A DNA stretch of 63,137 nucleotides, filler included, from Octopus bimaculoides (GCF_001194135.2; 6 parts of 6 records of this genome joined end to end with filler, not necessarily neighbours in it), one strand, 5' to 3'. Counted from the first letter of the whole stretch, positions 1-11,820 are shown. Notes: a model not told the origin generated them from the sequence alone. Numbers and translations: made by a program.

Positions 1-238
1 TGTGGCAGTGGAGACCACTGATTTTAAGATGTTAGTGTGTTACGTTATGACCAGCAGTTCCCTAACTGACAAAAACCAGGCTTCACCCGATAGAAAATAT
101 TAGTAAAATTCCGCCCCCACTTTTACTAATGAGAAAGCAAAACAGAGTTTGCATTTCCATGTATTTTTTTTTATTTCTTCGCCATACTACTAGACAAGTT
201 TAAAAAGCTGAAAGTACATAGTACATAATTTAATTTTA

Positions 239-461
239 TTAAACTCTTTAGATTACTCTGCCAAATGTAATGCTTATTTATTCACATTGCTTTGAACTAA
301 TCATGCATTATCTTGTAGCTTTGAAATTTTGATGATGTGATTGTTTATTTTTTAGAATGGCATTGTAGAGTATGTGTGAAAGGACGGATCTAACCGATTT
401 TAATATAAAAAGATAGAATATTTTAGGGACGAATATGGCTGGTTTGAATGTTAAAAGGCAA
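239..461. mobile_element. Short non-autonomous DNA element (MITE) with piggyBac-like ends, degraded
   Basis: Clearly homologous to 29780-29996 (shared tcatgcattatcttgtagctttga...gaatggcattgtag...gatatggctggttt). Ends resemble TTAA-CCCTTTAGCATT / AATGCTAAAGGG-TTAA. Confidence 0.4.
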
Positions 462-959
462 TTTGACCACTTCTTTCCACTCTCCACAGCTCCTTCCTAC
501 CCCATAAGAAACACTACTGTAGAGTGTGTTTTGAAGGAAATTCGGCTGATATTTCTAGTGGATCGGACGACCACGCAGAGGTCCTCTCGTTGGTTTGATT
601 TGCAAATGAGTTAGTAACTAGTGGTAATGTACAGCAAGTTAAAAGGAAAAAATAGGAAGGAGCTTGGGGTAATAATGAATGGCGGAAGTTAGAGTCACAA
701 GACAGCGATAGGGTACGGTTATGTTATGTTCAATTTGGAAGGGTACAATCTTATTATTTTATTATCAACATACTTTTATAGGAAGAAAAGAAAGAGAAAA
801 ATTGGAAGGGACTGATTAAGTAATGCTATGTTGCGATGGGAAAAGAGTTGGAAGGAAGTCAGGGTGAGAAAATTTGAAGAAAGTTAGGTATACAGCTGCT
901 GGTCTTGTTGTTATTTCTCTCACTCTTGCTATTAGTTACATGACATCCCTTCAAAGCAG

Positions 960-1490
960 TGACAGATTAAAAATGGCGATGACAGACGACAGAGGAAGAA
1001 GGGCCCAACGCTTCTCACCCACGTCACAAGAAATGAAAATAAATACATTAAAAGACGAATGAAAGAGGAAACAGGAAGGGAAAGAGGGAAGAAAGGATAG
1101 AGGGAGAGAAAGACAGAATCGAACCAGACTGTGTCCGTCAGTGTGGACGTATTTGTCACACACACACACACACACACGACGTAACAAGAGGGAAAGGTGG
1201 GAGAAGCAACTTTCCATCTACAGATATTCGGCAAAAATGGCGTCTTTAAAGCAATTTTTAACTCGTCAGTTCTCTTATACGATAAAAATCGAAACCCGTT
1301 ATCCTTTGTTATGTCTTTTACTTTTGTTTTTGTTTTACTTTATCGCATCATCTTGTGAGAATTGTTCTGGACCCATTGATTCATTCCACCTTCACCGGCA
1401 ATGTTTTGATCTGCGTCTTCATTCTCTAGAGTTGCGTCGATGACCGCAGCCACCCGGGGAAACAAACGAAACGTGACGTCACAGCCTCCT
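960..1490. promoter_or_regulatory. Promoter-like segment with CRE and YY1-type motifs
   Basis: Perfect CRE palindrome GTGACGTCAC at 1473-1482. AAAATGGCG (YY1-like) near 970 and 1234. Locally CpG-richer and outside recognisable repeats. No linked CDS was found. Confidence 0.25.
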
Positions 1491-1548
1491 TTTTGACAAT
1501 ATCTTTGAGAGTCATCTTCACACCCAAGGTTTCAAGTTCAATATTGAA

Positions 1549-1583
<35 letters not shown>

Positions 1584-2585
1584 CCACCACCACCACCCTT
1601 TGTTATAGAGCCACGGTCTCTGCCAATCAAGAAAAGTAGTCTTGAAGGCAGAATTTGTTATTTCAACTCACAAAGTTTACTTAAGGCTTTATTTTGAGTT
1701 CAAATTCTCGAGGTTGACTTCCGGACTCGATAAAATAAATATCAGCGGAGCACTGTGGCCCAACGTAATCGACTTACCTCTAAGATTGCTGGGCTTATGC
1801 CAAACATTGAAACCATATTACAAAATTTACGTACAACTTGCAAGATGTTTTATCGAGAAAATAACAAAACTGCATTTTAATTCATCAGTATTGGATGTTA
1901 CAGAGAAATGAGGATGGAAGATGTGCCCTAATGATTGGATGCAGATATGTAGATGTCAGTATGTAAGGGCCAGTTTTCACATTCGTAGTTCAAATGTCAT
2001 CGAGCTTGATTTTGGCTTTCTTCAATTCGGGATCGATAAAATAAGTACCACTTGATGACTGAGGTTGATGTAATCGACTTAACCCGTCCTCTCAAAATTG
2101 CTAGTCTTGTGCCAAAATTAGGAAGAATATGTAAGGACCAGTCGAGGTCGAACTGGATGTAGGACCGTTAATGAAGAAAGGAAACGGTATAACGAATTAT
2201 TGTGTATAGTGGGCTCCTAAGGGTAACCATATCATCCGAACACCCAAATTAATGAAGATAAGAAGACAGAAAAAAATAATGATAAAACAGAAGAACGATA
2301 GAATATCATTTATCTTTACTCATGAATACGGAGATAAATTATTAATTCGGGCCAATAATTCACTTCTTATTTAGTTAGTCAAGTGTTCTTATACGCAGGA
2401 GTGAATTGCCAGACAAGGCATTCAATTTTCTCTCTCTCTCTCTCTCTTTCCCTCCCTTTAATATATATATATATATATATACATTCTTTTGTTTCAGTCA
2501 TTTGACTGCAGCCGCTAAGTTACGCAAACGTAAACACACCAACATCGGTAGTCAAGCGATGGTAGGAGGACAAATAAACACGCAA

Positions 2586-2634
<49 letters not shown>

Positions 2635-2861
2635 CATACCTTAAGCAGTATATTACTGGTTATTGTTGGTGTGCTTATGTCTCCGTAACTTAGCGGTTCG
2701 GCAAAAGAGACCTATAGAATAAGTACCAAGCTTACAAAGAATAAGTACTGGGGTCGATTTCTTCGACTAAAAGGCAGTGCTCCAGCATGGCCGCAGTGAA
2801 ATGACTGAAACAAGTAAAAGAGTAAAAGAATATATATATATATATATGTACACACACACAC

Positions 2862-3058
2862 CATGTTGGACCGCGAAATCTACAATTTTTTTTTTCATTC
2901 TCTCTGTTTATTTTCTATTATTCCTTTCTGTTGAAGAGCGTAGGCTCGAAACATAAAAGGCTTTTTCATTTTTCCTGAGCGTCAAACTAATACACTTGCT
3001 TATTGTTCATACACCTGTCTTCGTCTTTTGTTTTTCTATAAATTTCAACTATATATAC
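2862..3058 (+). mobile_element. Non-autonomous PLE-terminal-repeat-like element with hammerhead-like motif (family copy 1)
   Basis: Homologous to 42576-42852 and 44975-45190 (shared ctttctgttgaagagcgtaggctcgaaac and cacctgtcttcgtc). The 3' end abuts (TA)n. Confidence 0.55.
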
Positions 3059-3061
3059 AGA

Positions 3062-3200
3062 CGACGAACTTCTGTCAGTTTCCGTCTACCAAATCCACTC
3101 ATAAGGATTAGGTCGGTCTGAGGCTATAGTAAAAGACACTTACCCAAGGTGCCACGTCATGGAATTAAATCCAAAACCACGTGGTTAATAAGCTAACTTC
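3062..3200 (-). mobile_element. tRNA-derived SINE, family B
   Basis: Matches the dispersed consensus ggcgtggctgtgtggtaagaagcttgcttcccaaccacatggttccgggttcagtcccactgcgtggcaccttgggcaagtgtcttctactatagcc. Confidence 0.75.
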
Positions 3201-3343
3201 TTACCACACACCCATACATGTATGTGCGTGTGTGTGTAAAGTGAGAAGCGGGGAATGCTCTTTTTTTTCTTCTTTTACGCATATTTGTAAATGCCAGCAA
3301 ATATGAGCATAGGTATAATTGAGTAGATGTGGATGTCCGTTGA

Positions 3344-3382
<39 letters not shown>

Positions 3383-4167
3383 GTGTGTGGTTGAATATTG
3401 AATGACAATGACTAAGGGTTGACGACTGCGGTTCAATAAACGGTGATTGAAATCTGTTTCCTTGGTCGTATCAAGTGCTGACAGAAGGTGGCCATGAAGT
3501 AAAAGGAGAGAAAGGGGGAAAAAAGTCAATCACGCAGCATATAAGCCATGCAGTGTTGGAAAGAATCCGTTGTTTGCTAGTATTTTAGGCCAAGATCAAA
3601 AGTGTAGCATTTTCAAATCGTGTGAGTAACGACAGAGAACAAGGAAAATAGTTTTTTGTTTGGTTGTTTGTTTTTACCAGTGTCCACTTCCCTGAAATGT
3701 CTATATCTTTATTTGTTATTCTTAGGAGAGTGGGCAGTGCGCATATTCTTGTGTTCAATAATTCGCTGAAATCTTGCGTTCTGTAATTCACTGAAATCTA
3801 GTACAGTTTCATCTACGGGGAAACAAGTCATTGTTTCTCCCTCCATGTCGTACTCAGAAAGAAGATTTGAAATCAGTGAAGGTATACTGATTTTTCATTT
3901 CACATTGCCTATTTATAATTTGGTCTACGGTATTTGAGATAAGTATATCGAACTCTCATCTGAAGTGCAATACTGACTCACACATTCAAGCGTTGCTTTA
4001 GGAAAATTTATGTACATGAAAAAAGGGGGGGGGGTGAGTATGGAAAACGTGAAGCTAAAAGTAACGATTAGCAAAATTTTCAATTTACTTTAAATAGGCT
4101 AAAACTCTACATGTACAGAGTATTCGTTTTTTCCTTGTTCATAAACTTCTTTGTACCATAATATATT

Positions 4168-4597
4168 GGTTTCAAATTTTAGCATAACGCCAGTAATTTC
4201 GGAGAGGGGATAAGTCAATTACATCGACTCCAGTGTTCAACTGGTACTTACTTAATCGACCACGAAGGGATGAAAGGCAAAGTCGACATCGACGGAATTT
4301 GAACTTAGAACATAATGACGGACGAACTACCGCTAAGCATTTTGTCCGGAGTGCTAACGATTCTTATTTCTTTATTGCCCACAAGGGGCTAAACATAGAG
4401 TGGACAAACAAGGACAGACAAAGGGATTAAGTCGATTACATTAACCCCAGTGTGTAACTGGTACTTAATTTATCGACCCCGGAAGGATGAAAGGCAAAGT
4501 CGACCTCGGCGGAATTTGAACTCAGAACGTAACGGCAGACGAAATACCGCTAAGCATTTCGCCCGGCCTGCTAACGATTCTGCCTGCTACCCGCCTT
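4168..4597 (-). mobile_element. Composite of two family-A SINEs: tailed copy 4364-4597 joined into the head of host copy 4168-4363
   Basis: Two consecutive copies of the core gaaaggatgaaaggcaaagtcgacctcggcggaatttgaactc, with a tRNA-like B box (gagttcaaattcc) on the minus strand. Confidence 0.85.
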
Positions 4598-5044
4598 ACT
4601 TTATGCCATAATATATTAAACACACATATATGTGATGTAAGCGATACGCATCTCTATTTTCTTGCTTTATAATGACACGTTTGTGGGTTGATGATGTTAT
4701 AGTCTTATTGGTAGCCACACAGCATTTAAATAGCTCTGGAACTGGAAATTTAAAAGGGTTGCAAAGGCATAATTTAAAGAGATCTGGAGTAGAACTATGC
4801 TTGGATCAATGCAACTTATTACTTATTTCTCGTTAAAATTAAGAGCGTCAGGTCAATATGATCAGCAGTTGTCTGTTAAAATATCGCCAGACAAGTCCCT
4901 TTTAACAGCATTACAAGGGTCTATAGATTAGCATTGGGCATCTATGTTGTTTCCGGACAACTGCCTTGTGTACCAATCCCTTAAAACTGTACTTCTCCAG
5001 GCCCCATTGGTATTTTAATGTTGCCCATCGAGTAATTTTTTCCC

Positions 5045-5232
5045 CTTCTATTATAGGGTTAAGGCCTGAAATTTGGGGGACGAGGCTAGTCGATCCCAAG
5101 GTTCGACTGGTGCTTATTTATCGAGCCTGAAAAGATGAAAGGCAAAGTTGAGCACGGTGGAATTTGAATTCAGAACGGAAGAAATGCCGCTAAGCAATTT
5201 GTCCGACTCGCTAACGATTCTGCCAGCTCACC
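5045..5232 (-). mobile_element. SINE family A
   Basis: Core gatgaaaggcaaagttgagcacggtggaatttgaattcagaac...gctaacgattctgccagctcacc. Confidence 0.8.
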
Positions 5233-6166
5233 ACCCTCTGCCTTTTGAATAAATAGCAATAGTCTTCAGTACTCAAGCACTCGTAAGGTCATGAGCACTC
5301 CTCGGAGTAGGCAAGAAGTATTGACTTTCAAGGATGGGGTTTTCCTCAGAGGTGGGGGGAGAGAAAGAAAGAAAGAAACAAACAAACAAACAAACAAACC
5401 AGTTTTCATTCTCCTTTGCTGTGACTCACAATTTGGAAATCCTATACGTTTGATAGTAGCCTAAATACAAACAGACAACGGAATCTTTACACACTGCATG
5501 ACTTTTATGCTGCACAACTAGCTTTTTTTCTTCTCTCCTTCTGTATCATGGCTACTCGGCTGTTATCGCTTGATACGACCGTGGAAATCTCAACGCTGAA
5601 TATATTCCAATTCTTATTGTTTTTTTTGGGTTTTTTTTTTTATTTATAAAAAAATTTAGTTGTTCAAGCATAAAGCAGGAAAATATTAAGGGGGGGGGTT
5701 CAAATGACCAGTTTCACCACTTTAGATTTCGTTTATCTTTTATCTGTTACTTCGACTGCTGCCATGCTGGGGCACTGCTTTGAAGACTTGTAGTTGAAAC
5801 AAATCGACAGTATTTTGTGGCATAGAAACTCATAAATTTATTCTGTACGAATACTTTTTTCACCCCTATATTTATAATTGTATATAAATTCATTAGTTAC
5901 TATAATTTATTAGTTTCTTTTGCATATTCTTAGTTTATGTATGTGTATGCAAATATTGTATTGGTATATCCCATTCATGTTCATTAGAAATTAAATAAAG
6001 AATTTTGACATGTACGAATATTTATTTCCCCTCACTGTATATATATCAGGAATTACAGTAAACCATCACCAAATCATCAATTGATATAATAATATGTGTC
6101 AGTGCATGTGTTTATATGTAAGAGGATGTCGAATATACATACATACATACATACATATATAGATAG

Positions 6167-6350
6167 ATATTAAGAAAAAGGAGGCAGTCAGAATATTAGA
6201 TAATTCTTTATTAACGCTTTCGTTCGTTTAACCGAACTCTTCAAGAAAAATTAAAACGATTTAAATTTTTCTTGAAGAGTTCGGTTAAACGAACGAAAGC
6301 GCTACTCAAGAATTAACCAAAATTCTGACTGCCCCCTTTTATCTTAATAT
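6167..6350. repeat. Fold-back (inverted repeat) element
   Basis: Perfect 38-bp inverted repeat (6215-6252 / 6264-6301) plus outer arms atattaagaaaaaggaggcagtcagaat / attctgactgccccttttatcttaatat. Confidence 0.9.
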
Positions 6351-6354
6351 ACAA

Positions 6355-6508
6355 TATCTGTACACCACTTCAAACACTATAGCTAGCTAGCACGCACGCA
6401 CATACAGAGTTGAAGTATTGTTTGATTTTTTTCCCCATCTTTTTGTACCCTTTTTATATATAAAATACTACAATTAGCCGTCATTTTTGACGGCACGGGG
6501 TCAGCTAG
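6355..6508 (+). mobile_element. Helitron-like 3' terminus
   Basis: GC hairpin gccgtca-tttt-tgacggc (6477-6494), then 10 nt, then CTAG (6505-6508) followed by T. The 5' end is uncertain. Confidence 0.5.
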
Positions 6509-7411
6509 TCATTTAACAAACACGGGATTTACAATCGGGCTACTATAAGTTCTATGCTTATATATATATATATATATNNNNNNNNNNNNNNNNNNNNNNN
6601 NNNNNNNNNNNNNNNNNNNNNNNNNNNNNNNNNNNNNNNNNNNNNNNNNNNNNNNNNNNNNNNNNNNNNNNNNNNNNNNNNNNNNNNNNNNNNNNNNNNN
6701 NNNNNNNNNNNNNNNNNNNNNNNNNNNNNNNNNNNNNNNNNNNNNNNNNNNNNNNNNNNNNNNNNNNNNNNNNNNNNNNNNNNNNNNNNNNNNNNNNNNN
6801 NNNNNNNNNNNNNNNNNNNNNNNNNNNNNNNNNNNNNNNNNNNNNNNNNNNNNNNNNNNNNNNNNNNNNNNNNNNNNNNNNNNNNNNNNNNNNNNNNNNN
6901 NNNNNNNNNNNNNNNNNNNNNNNNNNNNNNNNNNNNNNNNNNNNNNNNNNNNNNNNNNNNNNNNNNNNNNNNNNNNNNNNNNNNNNNNNNNNNNNNNNNN
7001 NNNNNNNNNNNNNNNNNNNNNNNNNNNNNNNNNNNNNNNNNNNNNNNNNNNNNNNNNNNNNNNNNNNNNNNNNNNNNNNNNNNNNNNNNNNNNNNNNNNN
7101 NNNNNNNNNNNNNNNNNNNNNNNNNNNNNNNNNNNNNNNNNNNNNNNNNNNNNNNNNNNNNNNNNNNNNNNNNNNNNNNNNNNNNNNNNNNNNNNNNNNN
7201 NNNNNNNNNNNNNNNNNNNNNNNNNNNNNNNNNNNNNNNNNNNNNNNNNNNNNNNNNNNNNNNNNNNNNNNNNNNNNNNNNNNNNNNNNNNNNNNNNNNN
7301 NNNNNNNNNNNNNNNNNNNNNNNNNNNNNNNNNNNNNNNNNNNNNNNNNNNNGCGTTTTACTTTCAGTTTTATCTCATTTCCATTTATTTACTTTTTCCA
7401 CCTTTCCAGCA

Positions 7412-9626
7412 ATGGATAGTGACCATCTTATGACATTTTCAAAACTAGCTTATGAAGAAAAGAGACAAATTATTTAAAAAATGGTAGACGAACACCAGAA
7501 CTTAAGGACCTAAAACAACAGGAAGCGACAAAAATTATCAGAACATTTCAAACTGCTTGGTACAGCAAGAAAGAGTAGTTGTGCGGCTGTACTATAACAA
7601 AAGGGCTCTTTTGTTTCCCATGTTTGCTATTTTCTGTATCTAGTGAAAGTGAGTGGGTAAAAGAAGGATATTGTGATTTAAATAGTTTGCCCAATGCTTT
7701 AAGTAAACACGAAAGATCAGCACATTATGAAAGCCAAATATCATTGAAAATATTTGGATCTACACGAATCGACTTGCTCTTAGATAAACAGAAGTCTGTC
7801 AGCATTGAAGTTCACAATAAAAAGGTTAAAGAGAACAGAGATATACTAAAACAACTGATTTGTGCTACTTGTTTCTTGATTAAACAGGAACTTGCTTTTC
7901 GCGGAGATAATGAACAGAAATCATCGTTATATCGCGGAAACAATGTCGAGTTACTGAACCATACTGCAAAACTTGATGACAAATTGGCACAACATTTACA
8001 GAATTCATCAGTTTTTTTTCTGGCCTTTCTAATAAGATACAAAATAACTTGATAGAAGCAGTAGACACGATTGTAGAAAATAATATTAAAGAAGAGGTCA
8101 CACAAGCCTCGTTCATTGCCATAGAAGTGGATGAAACAACATATATTTCATGTACAGCTCAGTGTTATATAGTATTAAGATATGTGTTGGACTCTGATAT
8201 CAAAGAAGTCTTTATAGATTTCTTAAGGACAAAACTGTTGGGGGTGTAACAGAGTGTATATTTAATAATTTGGATAAACACGACTGTTGTGAGAAACTTG
8301 TAGCACAGACGTACGATGGGGCAATAGTGATGGCATCTAATTTAAATAGTTTTAAAGTAAGAGAAAGAGCACCAGCAGCTTTATTTACTCACTGCTATGC
8401 TTATAAGTTAAATCTTGTTTTATCTCAGTCAACAAAATTCATACCTGAATGTACAAGCTTTTTCAAGACCTGTGAGGCACTTGCCTCATTTTCCTATCAC
8501 TCTACAAAGCGAACGCAACTTCTTGATGAGATAGTGAGAAAACGCATTCCAAAGGCAGCATCAACGAGATGGAGTTCGAATTCAAAACTAATCCAGACTA
8601 TTTTACAATACCATGGTGATCTTTGCAAACTTCAACAGTATGAACAATAATCCTATGTTGTGGGATCCAGATATTTTAGTGAGAAGCAATGGGTTTTATG
8701 AGTGACTAACAAAAGACTCAACATACTTTTTTCTGATGGTTTATAATGAAATTTTCATTTAAACTGACAGCCTTTTTAATGTCCTACAAGCCAAAATGAT
8801 ATATATTTCATACTTCATTGAGAGGATTAATGGAACAATAAATTTACTTGAGAATCTACACAAAACTTTCGAGGATTTGTATGTAAAGTTTGAAGAATGT
8901 TCCAGAGAAAATAACTTAACTAAATCAAAATCTCATACGAAAGGTTCAGTTAAAGAAGAAAGAATGGGAATACTTGATGACATACTGAAGAATATGAAAG
9001 CAAGATTTGCTAGTTTCAAAAACTTAAAGTTCATTTCATCAGTTCATGAAAATAAATTTCAAGATCTTGCTTGCCAAGTTGATAAGGATGCATTTGAAAG
9101 TTTAGAAAAGAACTATGGAAACTTTTTCGACATCACAAGACAGAAAACGGATTTAGCTGGAATTGACAATGCACAAGTATTTAGAGATAAATCCATTAAA
9201 ACTTTGCTTCATTTTATATTTGAAAATAAACTGACCCAAACGTTCCTCGAAGCTGTGAAGTTGCTGCAATTAATCTTGATAGTTCCTGCTACAACTGTTT
9301 CTGTGGAGGGGTCGTTTTCTGCTTCGAAAAGAATTAAGAGCTACGCTAGGAACAGAATGTTACAAAGACTTGTTACTTGCTTTAATATCCATTGAAAAGG
9401 AAAGACATAACAAAATGGAGTAAGACCCTACTTTCAATTTCTACGAAAAAGGACTGATGTTTTTGCTACAAACAATGGATTTCCTGCACAAATAGGCTAA
9501 TATAATTAGGAAGTAAACATTTAAATATTTTTACCCTTTTATATACTGACAAATCTTTTGATGATAGTTTACTACATAAAGGTCGCCAACTGCCTACCCT
9601 GAGTAATTACTGACGGCACGTCCCTG
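7412..9626 (+). pseudogene. hAT-superfamily transposase (ZMYM1-like / TTF-finger + DUF4371 type), frameshifted, with right TIR
   Basis: Overlapping ORF pieces give a TTF-like Cys region (LFCFPCLLF), ELAFRG...RGN, IAIEVDETT (first D), QTYDGA (second D), HCYAYKLNL, TRWSS and the hATC motif ILIVPATTVSVEGSFSASKRIKSYARNRM. It ends in tgacggcacgtccctg (reverse complement CAGGGACGTGCCGTCA). The left end falls in the gap. Confidence 0.9.
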
Positions 9627-10034
9627 ATATATATATNNNNNNNNNNNNNNNNNNNNNNNNNNNNNNNNNNNNNNNNNNNNNNNNNNNNNNNNNNNNNNNN
9701 NNNNNNNNNNNNNNNNNNNNNNNNNNNNNNNNNNNNNNNNNNNNNNNNNNNNNNNNNNNNNNNNNNNNNNNNNNNNNNNNNNNNNNNNNNNNNNNNNNNN
9801 NNNNNNNNNNACACACACACACACACACACATAAACACATGAAATAATGAAAGCGGCTATAACCAATTAAAAAAAACAAATAGGAAAAATTCAATTGTCA
9901 ATGGTTGTGACTGAGGGTGCAGCCGCAGGAAGCACATTTTATATACTGGCAAGGGAGATAATCGCCCCCACGGCGAGTGAGAACACTATACCATAGTTTC
10001 GTTTGAAAATTACAATCAGGTATTTCATATGATC

Positions 10035-10262
10035 AAAGAGCTAAATATTCATCGTCGAAATCGAAGGAGAGCCATCTATTTGTGTAAGGCCAGCAATTTT
10101 AGGGGTGAGGTAAGTCGATTACAGTGTTCAACTGATACTTTATTTCATCGACTCCGAAAGTATGAAAGGCAATGTCGATCTTGGCAGAATTTGAACTCAG
10201 AACAAAAAGAGTCGAAGAAATACTGCTAAGCATTTTGCCCGACACGTCAACGATTCTACCAG
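10035..10262 (-). mobile_element. SINE family A
   Basis: Core gaaagtatgaaaggcaatgtcgatcttggcagaatttgaactcagaac. Confidence 0.8.
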
Positions 10263-10547
10263 TTTGCCATTTATATACATAAGTGCGTATGGCTTCGTCA
10301 GAAGAGGAAGTGCAGTGCACATGACTCTTTACGAAACCATCGGGGCCGGTGGATAGAAGCGCGAGAAAAATTTCCGAACTGGAGAACAGCCCCCAATACT
10401 TGCAATAAAGTGTAACCTATTAAAGATGCCTAAGGCCCAGATAATGGTATTAAATGAAACGAAAATTCGCGTTTACGTTGCCAGCTAAGAATTTTCGAGC
10501 AGAAAATACGAATTACATGTAGCGCATAAGATTTAATTTATAAGAGT

Positions 10548-10700
10548 GAATGTCTGGTAAGAAGTTTGCTTCCCAACCACGCAGTTTTGAATTCAGTCCC
10601 ACTGCGTGATACATTGGGCAAGTGTCTTCTACTACAGCCGCGGCTCGACCAAAGCCTTGTGAGTGAATTTGGTCGACAGAAACTGAAAAAAGCCCATCGC
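10548..10700 (+). mobile_element. SINE family B
   Basis: ggtaagaagtttgcttcccaaccac...ttcagtcccactgcg...gaaactgaaaaaagccc. Confidence 0.8.
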
Positions 10701-10747
10701 GCGCATGTGCATGTGCGTTATGTGTATGTGTACACACACACTCACAC

Positions 10748-10821
<74 letters not shown>

Positions 10822-10904
10822 GCAAATCAAGGATAAAAACAAAAACAACAAAATTCAAAAGGATGTACATAGTGAATGTATTAGTTTGAGGCTCAGTTTA
10901 TGAT

Positions 10905-10950
10905 GCTCAGTTTATGCGACGTTTCGAGTATGGCTCTTCGTCAGAAAGAA
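10905..10950 (-). ncRNA. Minimal type-I hammerhead ribozyme-like motif (PLE type)
   Basis: Minus strand reads CUGACGA-A-GAG-CCAUA-CUC-GAAA-CG-UC, i.e. a canonical core, a GUC triplet and a palindromic ACGU stem III. Stem I is weak. Confidence 0.45.
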
Positions 10951-11597
10951 GACAGTGAAAAGATCCGGAAAGAAGGAAAAGAATAATCTGAGAAAAGTAC
11001 ATGTGTCATTACTTGGCTACGTGTGTTTGTCTCCCTTCCCTCTCGACAACTGGTGTTGGTTTGTTTTCTTCCCCGATACTCAGAGGCAAAAGAGACCTAT
11101 AGAATAAGTACCGGCCTTTTAAAAGATATGTACCCGGGTCGATTTGTTCGATTATAACCTTTAATGAGTGAAGCAAGTAAAACATAGAGGATACTAGATA
11201 CATATATAGTACAGTTGTTACTTAATTTAGAAGTCATGACTCCAGTGGAAACATTTTTATATAATCATTAAATGATTTCGATTTCCACCTAGTTGAGTTC
11301 CATTTATCGTCAGGGCAACCTCAACCATGCTGTACTCCAGCTGGGGAGTAGATAGACAGTCGACAACTGTGTTACTTGTCCTGTTTTCCATTTTTTCTCT
11401 CGTTGTTTGAGCATTTAACTCATTTGATTTCGTATTTTATGTTGTTTACACAGTTGGTGACGTCCTGTATACATATTATATATATGTATATATATTATAT
11501 AATATACATGTGTGTGTGTATGTGTGTATAATATATATTATGTATATATGTATATGTACATATATATTATATATGTGTCAATATTGCTTAGTACGAT

Positions 11598-11820
11598 AAA
11601 GGCGGTGAGCTGGCAGAAACGTTAGCACGCCGGGCGAAATGCTTAACGGTATTTCGTCTGCCGCTACGTTCTGAGTTCAAATTCCGCCGAGGTCGACTTT
11701 GCCTTTCATCCTTTCGGGGTTGATTAAATAAGTACCACTGGGGTCGATATAATCGACTTAATCCGTTTGTCTGTCCTTGTTTGTCCCCTCTGTGTAGCTC
11801 CTTGTGGGTAGTAAAGAAAC
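11598..11820 (+). mobile_element. SINE family A, full length, tailed subfamily
   Basis: aaggcggtgagctggcagaaacgttagc...gagttcaaattccgccgaggtcgactttgcctttcatcc...ttgtttgtcccctctgtgtagc...gtaaagaaac. Confidence 0.9.

Noticed and set aside
6488-6497. tgacggcacg identical to part of the hAT right end (9611-9620), considered as the left TIR
   Set aside because: It is in the same orientation, not inverted, and is better explained as the Helitron-like hairpin arm.
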